A stretch of 64,000 bases of DNA from Candidatus Acidiferrales bacterium. GTDB lineage: Bacteria; Acidobacteriota; Terriglobia; Acidiferrales; UBA7541. Location: positions 331,651 to 395,650 of the forward strand of contig CAVZYC010000002.1 of the NCBI GenBank assembly GCA_963779395.1, in the 5' to 3' direction. Of the stretch, positions 1 through 11,608 are shown piece after piece (position 1 is the first letter of the stretch; each line of letters begins with the position of its first letter). The notes below the pieces were generated by a model that worked only from the letters and a program-made list of their open reading frames with translations, made no database searches and had not been told where the DNA came from. A program made the translations under genes and the position numbers.

Positions 1-1160
1 CCCCCCACCTCCTCCGAAATCCTCGTGGCCACGGCGTGGATCAAGGGAAACGGCTCATATTCGCCAAACGGGACAAGGTGCATCTTGTCGTACGAAAAAA
101 CGCGCTGCCCGGATTCGTTCAACATCGCGGCGCTGTTGTACGGCGCAAACATGCTGCGTGGCACTCCCCGTACGATATTCGTCTCTGGTTTCCATTCGAT
201 GATGCCCACCACCACCGGATGATGGAATTCCTGCGCCAAATTCGAAATGAATGGCCCAAAATGCGGATCGCTGAACGAAAACGGCGCTGGAGCTTCCGGC
301 CAGATCAACAAATCGGGAGCCTGCCCAGACGCCGCAGGCCGCAAACTCAGCTGCGCAAGTTCCTGCATGTCTGTCTTGTGATCCGCGTACCAATCGCCCA
401 CATATTCCGTGTACTCCGGAAAATTTGGCTGGACCACGCGTGCCACATGATGCGCTTCCGCGTGCGGCACAAACCGCGGCCCAATCCACGTCACCAGAAG
501 CAACGTGGCAGCCACCGCCGCAACCACTCCCCATCTCCGCCGCCTATCCGCAGGCGTGTCCGCAAAATCGCTCCACAACAGAAGCGCGTTGAACGCCGCC
601 ACCAAAAACGATACCCCGTAAATCCCAGTGAGCGTCGTCAACTGCACCAGCGCGGGATTTCCCGCCGCCGGATAACCCAGCAACGCCCAGGGAAAACTGA
701 TCTCCGGCAAATAAGCCCGCGCAACTTCCGTGTAAATCCACAGGAACGGCGCGCCAACAAGCGCCAGGGTCACGCTGCGTTTTGCTACTCGTTGCAGAAC
801 CAGCGCAAACACCCCGACAATAATTCCCCACACCGACGCGATGATCAGCAGCACGCCCCAACCCGCCGCTACCGGAACCCCGCCGTGTACGGAAAGCACT
901 TCCGCAATCCACGGCACGCATGTAAGTGTAAAAAAAAGTCCGTGCAGGTATCCGCAACTGAACGCCACCCACCCGCGCGAACCAAGTATGCTGGCCAGCA
1001 AAATCGCCAAACACACCCAAGTGTAAAAACTCGGAAAAGTCCCGCGATAGGAAAGAGAGAGAATACAACCGCTCAGAATCGCCAGCACCAGCCGCGCGGC
1101 AGCGGGAGTTCCCGGCGAACGATGAGGCCGCAAGTATTTCTGCCAGTCCTGGGAAGACAT
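1..1160 (-). CDS. lnt: Apolipoprotein N-acyltransferase (3' end runs off the window)
   Basis: Absent from the ORF track because no stop lies inside the window. Manual translation from ATG at 1160: MSSQDWQKYLRP..., a multi-TM N-terminus, FPWALLGY, LLIWPEA and YDKMHLVPFGEY (nitrilase-fold Lnt motifs). The start overlaps the stop of the SPOR gene. Confidence 0.92.
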   Translation of the reverse strand, partial: MSSQDWQKYLRPHRSPGTPAAARLVLAILSGCILSLSYRGTFPSFYTWVCLAILLASILGSRGWVAFSCGYLHGLFFTLTCVPWIAEVLSVHGGVPVAAGWGVLLIIASVWGIIVGVFALVLQRVAKRSVTLALVGAPFLWIYTEVARAYLPEISFPWALLGYPAAGNPALVQLTTLTGIYGVSFLVAAFNALLLWSDFADTPADRRRRWGVVAAVAATLLLVTWIGPRFVPHAEAHHVARVVQPNFPEYTEYVGDWYADHKTDMQELAQLSLRPAASGQAPDLLIWPEAPAPFSFSDPHFGPFISNLAQEFHHPVVVGIIEWKPETNIVRGVPRSMFAPYNSAAMLNESGQRVFSYDKMHLVPFGEYEPFPLIHAVATRISEEVG

Positions 1161-1849
1161 CAGCGGTTTACGTAAAATGCCTTGAAGCCTTCACTCTCCA
1201 GGCCTTTTTTCACCAGGTCGGCGGTTTTTCTGTCTTTGAATGGACCGACCTGCACGCGGTAGAACTTATCTTTTTGCGGCTTCTGCACATAGGCCACAAA
1301 ATGTTTTTTCTGCAAACTGCCGGCGATGGAAAGCGCGTCGTCCTGTCGGGTCAGCGCCGCCACCTGCAGGATCAATGCTCCGTTCGGAATCAGCGGCGCG
1401 TTCGTTGCCGGCTTGCTCGTTTTCGTCGTAACCGGTGCAGGCGCCGCCGGCTGTACTCTGGCTTTTGCGTTTACCGTTTTCGATGCCGCGGAAGCCGTGG
1501 AAGCGTTGGGCACCGGCTCCAGATGCGGCTCTTTCTTGGCGGACTTGCTGCTGCTGTAGAATTCCCAGTCCGAATTATTATTCGACGTCGCCGGATCGGA
1601 TTCGCTCACTGTTGGTGGAGCTTCGGCAGTCTGCTTGGGAGCAGCTTCGGGTTTCGGCGCAACGTCCGTCTCAGGCGCAGCCGCATTGTTGTTTGCGGCG
1701 CGCACCTGTCCGTCATATTGGTTACGTCCCATGACGTAGCCGAGCGTGAAAAATACTCCCGAGAAAAGCAGCATCAGCAAAAACAGCCCGATGACGTGCT
1801 TGCTCTCAAGCACTCGCTCGCCCGCTCCGCGTTTTCCCCCAGACGCCAT
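1160..1849 (-). CDS. SPOR-domain cell division/envelope protein (DedD/FtsN-like)
   Basis: Single N-terminal TM, Pro/Ala-rich linker, C-terminal SPOR (ILQVAAL...FYRVQVGPF). Start taken at MASGG (1849), just after the SPFH stop. Confidence 0.85.
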   Translation of the reverse strand: MASGGKRGAGERVLESKHVIGLFLLMLLFSGVFFTLGYVMGRNQYDGQVRAANNNAAAPETDVAPKPEAAPKQTAEAPPTVSESDPATSNNNSDWEFYSSSKSAKKEPHLEPVPNASTASAASKTVNAKARVQPAAPAPVTTKTSKPATNAPLIPNGALILQVAALTRQDDALSIAGSLQKKHFVAYVQKPQKDKFYRVQVGPFKDRKTADLVKKGLESEGFKAFYVNR

Positions 1850-1851
1850 CC

Positions 1852-2625
1852 TTATTTCTGCATACCCCCGATGGACTGTGTCCACTTATTTATAATATCG
1901 ATCGGCAATGGGAAAACAATCGTTGTGTTCTTTTCGACACCTATCTCGGTCAGGGTCTGCAGGTAGCGCAGTTGAATCGCGGATGGTTCCGTTTCCAAAA
2001 CCTTGGCCGCATCAGCCAGCTTCTGCGATGCCTCGAATTCGCCTTGAGCGTGAATGACCTTCGCGCGGCGTTCCCGTTCGGCTTCCGCCTGCTTGGCGAT
2101 GGCGCGCTGCATCTGCTCCGGGATGTCCACCTGTTTCACTTCCACTTTGCTCACCTTGATGCCCCAAGGCTCGGTGTCCTGGTCCAGGATGATTTGCAAT
2201 TTGGCGTTTACCTTGTCGCGCTGTGACAGGATTTCGTCCAACTCGAACTGCCCGACGATGCTTCGCAAAGTGGTCTGCGCCAACTGCGATGTCGCATACT
2301 GATAATTCTGCACTTGAGACATGGCCAGGTTGGCATCCACCACGCGGAAATAGCACACCGCGTTTACTTTCACCGAAACGTTGTCGCGCGTGATGATGTC
2401 CTGTGGCGGAACGTCAAGCGTCTCCAGTCGCATATTGATGACATACAACTTCTCAATGGGCCAAAATACCAAATTTATACCCGCGCTCTTCGCGTGTGGC
2501 AAGAGGCGTCCCAATCGCAGCACCACTCCGCGTTCCCATTCTTTGATGATGTAAATCGAATTCCAAACCCATATCAGAAACAGAAAGACGACTATCCCCG
2601 TACCCAGTCCAAAGAACTGAAACAT
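1852..2625 (-). CDS. SPFH/band-7 stomatin-like membrane protein
   Basis: ERGVVLRLG, ITRDNVSV, AQTTLRS, EAERERRAK and QLRYLQTL motifs. GAGGAGG ribosome-binding site before ATG 2625. Confidence 0.93.
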   Translation of the reverse strand: MFQFFGLGTGIVVFLFLIWVWNSIYIIKEWERGVVLRLGRLLPHAKSAGINLVFWPIEKLYVINMRLETLDVPPQDIITRDNVSVKVNAVCYFRVVDANLAMSQVQNYQYATSQLAQTTLRSIVGQFELDEILSQRDKVNAKLQIILDQDTEPWGIKVSKVEVKQVDIPEQMQRAIAKQAEAERERRAKVIHAQGEFEASQKLADAAKVLETEPSAIQLRYLQTLTEIGVEKNTTIVFPLPIDIINKWTQSIGGMQK

Positions 2626-2652
2626 ATCCCGCCTCCTCAACTTGCACGAACT

Positions 2653-4068
2653 CTATCTGCTTGCGGTGGCCGGCGTTTCCACCGGTTCCACAATCAATTT
2701 CAATCCCTCGATGCGCATCACGCGCACCGCTTGTTTTTCCGCAATCGCCACCGGCGATCCAGCGCGCCACAATTCCCCATGAATGCGCACCATGCCTTCG
2801 CCCCCCGCGGCCAGCGCGGTAGTGACAATTCCCTCTTCGCCCAACAATTCCTCTTTGCCGGTCGAGACCTTCCACTGCCTCGATCGCAGCACCAGCCGCA
2901 TTAAAAATACAGCAAGAATCGCGAATGGAATGGTTACCGCCAGCGCAACGCCAACGCTTATTCCTCCCGGCGTCAGCGGCGAACGAATCAGGAACATCGC
3001 GCCGAGTAGCATGGACACAACTCCTCCCACCAGCAACACACCGTGACTCGCCAGTTTGGCCTCAAGCACAAACAACGCCAGCGCCAGAATTATCAGCAAG
3101 ACTCCCGCCAGGTTCACGGGCAACAAATGCATCGCGTAGAGCGCCAGCAGCGCGCAGATTCCCCCGATTACGCCGGGTGCCACAACGCCAGGATGTGTGA
3201 ACTCCGTGTACAGTCCCAGGACACCAACCATCAGCAACACAAAGAAAATATCCGGTTGCACGATGCGCGCCAGAAATTTCTGCCGCCCGGACAATTCAAA
3301 GTCCGCGATGGTGTAGCCTTCCAGCGCCAATTTCTGCGTCTTGCCATCGAAGCGTGTAATCTCCCGCCCGTTCAACTGCTTCAGCAGATCTTCGCGATTG
3401 TTGGCGATCAGATCGATCATGTGCCCGTCCAGCGCCTCTTTTTCGGTGAACGCCCGCGCATCGGTCACGGCGGTTTCCGCAAGTTTGGGGTTGCGTCCGC
3501 GCTTTTCGCTGAAGCTGCGCAAGAAAGCCGTGGCGTCATTATTGATTTTCTTCCGCAACACTTCGTCAATAGGAACGGAAAATCCACCAGGCATCAGGAT
3601 GGGAGTCGAGGCTCCCGTGCGCGTCCCGGGAGCCATCGCAGCCACGTCCGCCGAAAGCAATATGAAAAATCCCGCCGAAGCCCCCCGCGCGCCTGAAGGG
3701 GCCACGTACACGGCCACAGGCACTGACGAGTCCAGAATGTGGTGAATGATCTCGGTCATGGAATCGCTCAGCCCGCCGGGCGTATCCATCAGGATGAGCA
3801 CAAGCGAAGCGTGCCGCTGCGCCGCATCGGTAATCCCCTCGTCAATGTACGTGGCCAGAATCGGCTCAACCATGTCATCGAGTTTCAGTTCCAGCACCAG
3901 CGGCGCGGCGTGTTCATCCGCGGCCGTAGTCGCGGGCGCCACCAGAAAGAACACCACAAGAATTGCGGCAATTGCACAACAAACGATTCCCGCCGCGTAA
4001 TTTCGTTTCTTGCTTCCAGTATTCAATCTCACAATTTGTTTCAAGATCATTAAGCCACGAGCGTTCAT
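2653..4068 (-). CDS. nfeD: NfeD family membrane-bound ClpP-class serine protease (long form)
   Basis: DTPGG and ASAG protease motifs, TM bundle, C-terminal OB-like domain (GELWRA). Adjacent to an SPFH gene, the canonical pairing. Start uncertain. Confidence 0.9.
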   Translation of the reverse strand: MNARGLMILKQIVRLNTGSKKRNYAAGIVCCAIAAILVVFFLVAPATTAADEHAAPLVLELKLDDMVEPILATYIDEGITDAAQRHASLVLILMDTPGGLSDSMTEIIHHILDSSVPVAVYVAPSGARGASAGFFILLSADVAAMAPGTRTGASTPILMPGGFSVPIDEVLRKKINNDATAFLRSFSEKRGRNPKLAETAVTDARAFTEKEALDGHMIDLIANNREDLLKQLNGREITRFDGKTQKLALEGYTIADFELSGRQKFLARIVQPDIFFVLLMVGVLGLYTEFTHPGVVAPGVIGGICALLALYAMHLLPVNLAGVLLIILALALFVLEAKLASHGVLLVGGVVSMLLGAMFLIRSPLTPGGISVGVALAVTIPFAILAVFLMRLVLRSRQWKVSTGKEELLGEEGIVTTALAAGGEGMVRIHGELWRAGSPVAIAEKQAVRVMRIEGLKLIVEPVETPATASR

Positions 4069-5804
4069 TTAGTCCCTCCCGTGGGCTTTCCCATTTTCAG
4101 ATGTTCCAGTAGTTCTTTTGCTTCCGCATAGTTTGGCGCTAGCTTCACGGCTTTCTCGACTTCCGCCCGCGCGAGTTCCGGTTTCTTCTGCTCCAGATAT
4201 ATTCGCGCCAAGGTTGTCCGCACAGCCGCCGAATCCCGTGCCGCCAGCGATGCCTGCAGTTCCTGAACCGCCTCATCCAGTTTACCCCTTCGGCGGTACA
4301 TTTCGGCGAGTTCCCTGTGCGCCTCGGGATTGCTGGGCTCAACCGCCAGCGCGGCGCCAAATTCCTTCTCTGCCGCATCCAAACGCCCAGCAGCAAGATT
4401 CTGTCGGCCAACGCGCAAGTGAGCAGCGGATGTGTCGGCGGGTCGCGCCACATCTCCACTCGCGGAATTCGGCGTGGCCGGTCCGCGCAATTCCAGCCGC
4501 AACGAAGTCGTATCCAATTCCCGTTTGATTCGCTCGTACTTCGCCGTCCCCTCTTTCTTCACGTCGAGCTTGATCACCGGCAGCGCATCCGTTCCCAGCG
4601 CTTCAGAAGCGGCTTCACGCTCGCCTGCCGCTTCTGATTTTTTCCCCGCTTTCAGCAGTGTGTAGATCAGAAACGCGTAATTATCGGGCTTGTCGGGCTC
4701 GCGATGCATGGCCTCGCGAAATTGCGTTGCGGCAGTGGCCAGATCGTTTTGACGAAGCGCCAGCAATCCCAGGTTGAACGAGTAATCGTCTCCATCGGGA
4801 TCGATGTCAGCGGCGCGGCTGAGCGCCGTTTGCGCCGCGGCAATGTCTCCCTGGCGCGCGCGAGCCAGTGCAAGATTATTTAGAATCTCCGGCAGGTCCG
4901 CGCCGCTCACCAGGTTATGGTGCAAATCCTCTTGCAGCGCGGCAAACACTTCGGCGGCTTTATCAGGCTGCCCCAGCCGCAAACGGCACACTCCAACAGA
5001 GAAGCTGGCTTCCACGCTTCGTTCATGCGCCGGTGGAACTTTCGCGAACCACGGCAAGGCGGAATTGCAGTCGTTACGCGCAAAATAAATCTGCCCCAAC
5101 GCAAAAGCCGGGTCGGGCCAGTCCGGCTCCAGCCGCGCTGCCTCCTTCAATTCGCGCAGCCGCGATTCATCATCGTTCGCCAGCAGTCCGCGAATGTACC
5201 GCTCAAACGCAGCCAGTTGCAGGGGTCGCTGCAGATATGTGAATTCCGGCAAGCTGAGCGAATACTTTGCATCGCACGATTTCACCAGCCGCCACACAAG
5301 CCGCGTGTGCACATCCATCAGCGATTCCAGCGCGCCGGTTTCCTGCACAACAGCCCTGAGCGCTGGCGGGCTGACGCGAAGCACGCGTGCCTTCACCGTC
5401 AGCGTTTTCCCATCCGACGTGAAATCCCCGAACACCACAAAATCCGCATCCATTTCCTGCGCAATGTGCAGCATCGTCGCCCGGCTGATTTTCGCGAAGT
5501 CCGGCAAGCCATACAGGTCCATCTCATTCAGCCGTCCGGCGTGCGAATACACTTGCTGGCCCGCAGCAGAGAGCCGTTGAATCGTCAATTCCTCCAAGCC
5601 TTCGCCTAACCAATCGAGCCGCGCCGGCGCGCCCGCATTCTCAAATGGTATGACTAGGAAGATGCCTTCCTGCGGGAGAGCGTGCGAATTGCTTTGTGAA
5701 GCGGGATTTGTCTGCTGGGCGGCCATGCGGCTCGCCATCAAAAATAACAATGAGGCGAGTAGCAGCCGGAACGCGTTGCAGGATGGTGACCGGCGCGTCT
5801 TCAT
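4065..5804 (-). CDS. Exported TPR protein with N-terminal TolB-N/CsgG-like domain
   Basis: Signal peptide, FLVIPFEN...LDWLGEG segment, then many TPR-like helical repeats. Confidence 0.75.
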   Translation of the reverse strand: MKTRRSPSCNAFRLLLASLLFLMASRMAAQQTNPASQSNSHALPQEGIFLVIPFENAGAPARLDWLGEGLEELTIQRLSAAGQQVYSHAGRLNEMDLYGLPDFAKISRATMLHIAQEMDADFVVFGDFTSDGKTLTVKARVLRVSPPALRAVVQETGALESLMDVHTRLVWRLVKSCDAKYSLSLPEFTYLQRPLQLAAFERYIRGLLANDDESRLRELKEAARLEPDWPDPAFALGQIYFARNDCNSALPWFAKVPPAHERSVEASFSVGVCRLRLGQPDKAAEVFAALQEDLHHNLVSGADLPEILNNLALARARQGDIAAAQTALSRAADIDPDGDDYSFNLGLLALRQNDLATAATQFREAMHREPDKPDNYAFLIYTLLKAGKKSEAAGEREAASEALGTDALPVIKLDVKKEGTAKYERIKRELDTTSLRLELRGPATPNSASGDVARPADTSAAHLRVGRQNLAAGRLDAAEKEFGAALAVEPSNPEAHRELAEMYRRRGKLDEAVQELQASLAARDSAAVRTTLARIYLEQKKPELARAEVEKAVKLAPNYAEAKELLEHLKMGKPTGGTK

Positions 5805-5908
5805 CTGCTGTGTATTCTAGCCCGGATTGCAAGGGAAGGCGCGCCAAAAGAGGGCCGCGCAGCGAGATTCTACACTTCGCGGGTGCCGCCTAGGTTAGTT
5901 GGCCGCGA

Positions 5909-6721
5909 TCAGGGCTGAACGGTTTCAGGCGGCTTCGGTTCGAGCACTTCCTGAATTTCCGGGTTTTTCAGCACACCCGCAAAGGCGGGATCGGTTTTCG
6001 CGTTCTGCAGATCCTTGTAACCCTCATCACGCGATTTCCGCAAATAAATCAGGCAGCGATCCACATTGCCCGCTTGTGCGAACGATTTTGCCAGCAGGTA
6101 ATAAAATAGCCCGCGGTCCGCGGTCAACGATCGGTCCTGAATCACCGTCCCCGAACGCGATTTTGACTGGTCAAACGCATCCGGATCGTATTGCAATCCT
6201 TTGCGAAACGCCGCAATCGACTCTTCATACTTCTTTTCGCCAAAATAGGCGTACCCCAGGTTCAAATAGAAAGGAGCAAACTCGTCCTTTATCCCGATGG
6301 CCCGTTTATAGGTACGTATGGCCTTCGCATACTTCTTCCGCTCGTACCACACTGTCCCCAGGTTGTTCACCGGATCGGGGTAGTGAGCGTCCAGCGCCGA
6401 TGCTTTCTCATAACACTTCATCGCGCCGTTCAGTTGCATCTGGTTGTGCAGTGAAATTCCAAGCTCATTCCAGTAAACCGCGTTCCCGGGCTCCTTCTGC
6501 GTGAGCTTCCGGAACAGGTCTTCGGCTTCGCGATACTCTTTGCGAACCAGGTACAGTTTCGCTAAGTCTTCCGTAGAGAGGGGCGCATTCTGCGCCGGTG
6601 TCGCGGAGGCGCTGGGAGCCTGCGGCGGCGTGGTGTCTGGAACAGATTGTGCGCGGGAATTCGCGGGAAACCAAAACAACAGAGAAGCAACAACTGGAAT
6701 CGCCAAGGAGTACTTCGTCAT
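5909..6721 (-). CDS. Exported TPR protein
   Basis: Signal peptide; repeats such as YWNELG, PVNNLG and FYLNLGYAY. Confidence 0.8.
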   Translation of the reverse strand: MTKYSLAIPVVASLLFWFPANSRAQSVPDTTPPQAPSASATPAQNAPLSTEDLAKLYLVRKEYREAEDLFRKLTQKEPGNAVYWNELGISLHNQMQLNGAMKCYEKASALDAHYPDPVNNLGTVWYERKKYAKAIRTYKRAIGIKDEFAPFYLNLGYAYFGEKKYEESIAAFRKGLQYDPDAFDQSKSRSGTVIQDRSLTADRGLFYYLLAKSFAQAGNVDRCLIYLRKSRDEGYKDLQNAKTDPAFAGVLKNPEIQEVLEPKPPETVQP

Positions 6722-9306
6722 GGCGAATCTCCTTTGTCCCGATCAGGTTTATCGGGCTCTTTCTTCTTCTTACCCCCAAAGATACCAAAAATCTTCTGCA
6801 ACGGGCCCTTTTTCTTTTCGGTAGCCTGCGCATTGGCCGCCGCGGGCGCCGCAGCTCCTGCTCCGCCTTGCGCAGCCGGCTGGCCCGGAACCGCATTGGG
6901 ATCGCCGCCGGGTTGCGGGGGTTTGGGTGCGCCACCGCCAAAAATATGAGAAAGGAAAGAACCAGCGGCAGTGACTGGTCCATGACCGCCGTGGACTTCG
7001 CAAAGTTGCGTCGGCGCGGAGCCGGTGATGTAAACCTCTTCGCGGGTTACCGGACAGTTCGGGGTGGCCAATTGCAAAGTGTCCGAGTCAATCGTGGCGG
7101 TTTCCACGCCTTCGGGCTTTTCAAAATCCCTGACGTCGCGATAAGCGGGCATGGCCGTGGCTCGAATCATGAAGTCCGCCCAGATGGGCCCGGCCGTCAC
7201 GCCTCCCGTCAGCCCTAAATCGTGATTATCGTCAAACCCGATCCATATCACGCAAAGCAGATTGTTCGTAAATCCTGCAAACCAGCCGTCCCGCGAAGTG
7301 CCCGTCTTTCCGGCCGCCGGCAAATTAAATCCTCGGGCGCGAACCGGTCCCCCCGTCCCTTTGTTCAATACGTCCTGCAAAATGCTGTCCACCAGGTAAG
7401 TGACCCGTGGATCCAGCACCAACTTGTTAGTTGGGGCGTATTTTTCCAGCGCGGTGCCGTTCGAGCTCACCACACTTCTCAGGAACATCGGCTCGGCCCG
7501 TGTTCCCATCGTTGCGAACGCCGTGTACGCCCCCGCAACTTCCACGGGTGTCAATTCGTAAGCCCCCAGCGCCACTGCCGGTGTCGGTCGTATGTTGTTG
7601 GGCAGCCCCATCTGCCGGGCAATCTGCACCACGCGCCCGTAACCCACCAGCTCCGCCACTTTCACGGTAGCCACGTTCAGCGAATGCGTCAGCGCTTCAC
7701 GCACCGTTACTTTCCCCATGAACCGCTCACCGTAATTGTTAGGCGTATATTCCTGCCCGTCGAACTCAAAAACAGTGGGCTCGTCATCCACGGTCGTGGC
7801 GGGCGTGACCACAGGCAGCGCGCCATCAACCGCATTATTGAAAGCCGCCGCGTACACAAATGGTTTGAAGACCGACCCGGGCTGGCGATGAGCAAGCGCA
7901 TGGTTCAACTGGCTCTGCCCATAGTCTCGTCCGCCGATCAGCGCCTTGATCTCCCCGGTTCGCGGATCCAGGGCCACCAGCGCTGCTTGTGCCTGTGGAA
8001 TAGGCTCGCTGGGAGCGTTCTTGCCCTTCGCCTTTTTCAGCTTCTCGTACTTTTTGGCAATCAGCTCATCCACATTCTTCATGCCCGCTTCAACGGCCAG
8101 CGCAGCGGCGCGCTGCAACTGCGGGTCCAGCGTCGTGTACACGCGATAATTTTGGCTGAGCAAATCCTGCTCGGAGTACTCGTCCAACAAATGGTCCTTC
8201 ACCATGTCCACGAAATACGGCGCTTCATTCCCCGCAACCGCCGTGCGTCCCAGCTTCAGTGCCGCCCTTTTTGCGTCCTGTACGTCGGCTTCATTGATGT
8301 ACTTGTTTTCCAGCATCTGCGCCAGCACGCGGTCTCGCGCCTGCGCCGCTCGTTCCGGATGCCGGTCTGAAGCGGAATAATAATTGGGCGCGCGAATCAG
8401 CCCCGCAAGAAAACTGCACTCCGCAAGATTCAATTGCCGGAGGTCTTTACCGAAATAAGCCTCGCTGGCTTCCGCAAACCCGCGAATCCCAAAGCTGCCG
8501 CGGTTGCCCAGATAGACTTCATTGGCGTACAGCTCGAAGATCTGCTGCTTGGAAAAACGCTGCTCCAATTCCAAAGAAAGCATGGCCTCCGATAGCTTCC
8601 GGCGCCACGTGCGATCCGTCGAGAGGAAAAACGTCCGCGCCACCTGCATGGTGATCGTGCTGGCGCCCTGCAGGTGCTGGCTGTGCCGGATGTCCGCCCA
8701 GGCCGCGCCAAAGATGCGGATAAAGTCGAACCCGGGATGCTCAAAGAAGCGCTTGTCTTCCGCGGAAAGGATGGCCTGCACCAGCAGCGGAGGCAGATCC
8801 TCATAACGCACCGGACGGCGCTTCTCTCGCGCGCTATCAAACAGATTCGTGATGAGCTCCGGCTCCAGCTCCGCGCTCCCCAAGTCTCCCCCACCCGCCA
8901 GCGGCCGGATGGAACGGACAACCTTGCCGTTGAACTGCACCGTAATGCCGTTGCCCTCCCCGAAATAAGAAAGCTTCGACGGCCGAATCGTCACCGTGTT
9001 CCCTTCCACGGTGTATTGCCCCAACGAATTTTCGCTGTCATCGGCGCGGTAGCCCACTCGTTGCATGTACATCACCAGATCATCGAGTCCCCAAGCCTGC
9101 CCGTCTGTGATGCGTTCCGGAGCGGAAAAAATCTGCGTGGTGTTCTGGAGCACGCGCCCGGAAAGGCGCGCGTCAATCATGTGGGAATATTTAATGTAAA
9201 AATAAGTGAAGGCGCCGGCGGTAAGCAGAAAGCACAACGCCACCATCGCCAGCAGTCCGATCCCAATTCTGGAAGTCCAAAAACCCTGTTGCAAGCGAAA
9301 TCGCAA
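6718..9306 (-). CDS. mrcB: Bifunctional transglycosylase/transpeptidase, class A PBP (PBP1b-like)
   Basis: GT51 motifs EDKRF and GASTITMQ; transpeptidase SVFK, SLN and KTG motifs; extra domain after the TM as in PBP1b. Confidence 0.9.
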   Translation of the reverse strand: MRFRLQQGFWTSRIGIGLLAMVALCFLLTAGAFTYFYIKYSHMIDARLSGRVLQNTTQIFSAPERITDGQAWGLDDLVMYMQRVGYRADDSENSLGQYTVEGNTVTIRPSKLSYFGEGNGITVQFNGKVVRSIRPLAGGGDLGSAELEPELITNLFDSAREKRRPVRYEDLPPLLVQAILSAEDKRFFEHPGFDFIRIFGAAWADIRHSQHLQGASTITMQVARTFFLSTDRTWRRKLSEAMLSLELEQRFSKQQIFELYANEVYLGNRGSFGIRGFAEASEAYFGKDLRQLNLAECSFLAGLIRAPNYYSASDRHPERAAQARDRVLAQMLENKYINEADVQDAKRAALKLGRTAVAGNEAPYFVDMVKDHLLDEYSEQDLLSQNYRVYTTLDPQLQRAAALAVEAGMKNVDELIAKKYEKLKKAKGKNAPSEPIPQAQAALVALDPRTGEIKALIGGRDYGQSQLNHALAHRQPGSVFKPFVYAAAFNNAVDGALPVVTPATTVDDEPTVFEFDGQEYTPNNYGERFMGKVTVREALTHSLNVATVKVAELVGYGRVVQIARQMGLPNNIRPTPAVALGAYELTPVEVAGAYTAFATMGTRAEPMFLRSVVSSNGTALEKYAPTNKLVLDPRVTYLVDSILQDVLNKGTGGPVRARGFNLPAAGKTGTSRDGWFAGFTNNLLCVIWIGFDDNHDLGLTGGVTAGPIWADFMIRATAMPAYRDVRDFEKPEGVETATIDSDTLQLATPNCPVTREEVYITGSAPTQLCEVHGGHGPVTAAGSFLSHIFGGGAPKPPQPGGDPNAVPGQPAAQGGAGAAAPAAANAQATEKKKGPLQKIFGIFGGKKKKEPDKPDRDKGDSP

Positions 9307-9397
9307 TAGCTTACTCCCCCTGGGTGGACACTTTCATTGTGACGCATCCGCGGGCCAGAGGGAAGCCGAGAGAGTTCCCGGGCTTGCGGAGGCAGGC

Positions 9398-9802
9398 CTA
9401 CTTCATGATGTCCAAACCTTCGCTCACGGGAGAAAAGGTGATATCGGTTTTGTAGACGAAGAAATCCACGGGGACCGTGTAAGTGACGCTGATGCTGATC
9501 CCGTGGTTCGTCGTGGCCAGCTTGATGTCGTCGCGCGTCGCCGGTATGTCCAGGTCCTGTATGACTTTGAACAGGATGTCGCGAACCTGCTCTTCCGTGT
9601 ACCGGTTCACAATCGCAAATTTCGCCTGCTCGTTCATTTTGTCTTGAAGCTGGTATTCGTTCACGTACAGCGGCACCAGCCGGAACGCCACGAACACTCC
9701 AACCACCAGAATCACCGTATAAATGATCGCTTTTAATTTGCCTTCCCCGCGTTGGGAACGCCGGGAGGATCGTTTTCCGAAGCTCACGAAGTAACGCTCC
9801 AT
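9398..9802 (-). CDS. DUF4845-like small membrane-anchored protein
   Basis: QRG followed by a hydrophobic helix and a YTVPVD C-terminal pattern. Family assignment from memory. Confidence 0.55.
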   Translation of the reverse strand: MERYFVSFGKRSSRRSQRGEGKLKAIIYTVILVVGVFVAFRLVPLYVNEYQLQDKMNEQAKFAIVNRYTEEQVRDILFKVIQDLDIPATRDDIKLATTNHGISISVTYTVPVDFFVYKTDITFSPVSEGLDIMK

Positions 9803-9926
9803 TGGGCCGCCCACAACTTCTGCCGGCGGCGAAAAATTATTCTGCTATTTGTTCAAACTACCACCCGGCCCGCGCGCTGTCGAGAATCTCGCCGCGTTTG
9901 TGTGCTTCAGCCGCAACTCCCGGGGG

Positions 9927-11420
<1,494 letters not shown>

Positions 11421-11608
11421 TCAAGCATTTCAGCGTAGCGGACACCCTCCGCTAGTGTCAACGCAAGTCCGCGGATTCTTAAGTCCCACGATTCCCGATC
11501 GCAGTTACTCCCCGGTCATGGGATCGGACTCTTAACGCCCTAGTTCGGCCGCAGAAGGCTATCATTGCCTCTAGATTTACCCCGGACCCTCTCCCCGAGG
11601 CTCCTCCC

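Noticed and set aside
36-1175. 379-aa plus-strand ORF and the short minus-strand ORFs 55-534 and 544-1068
   Set aside because: These are shadow or off-frame ORFs of lnt, which shows clear family motifs in another minus frame.
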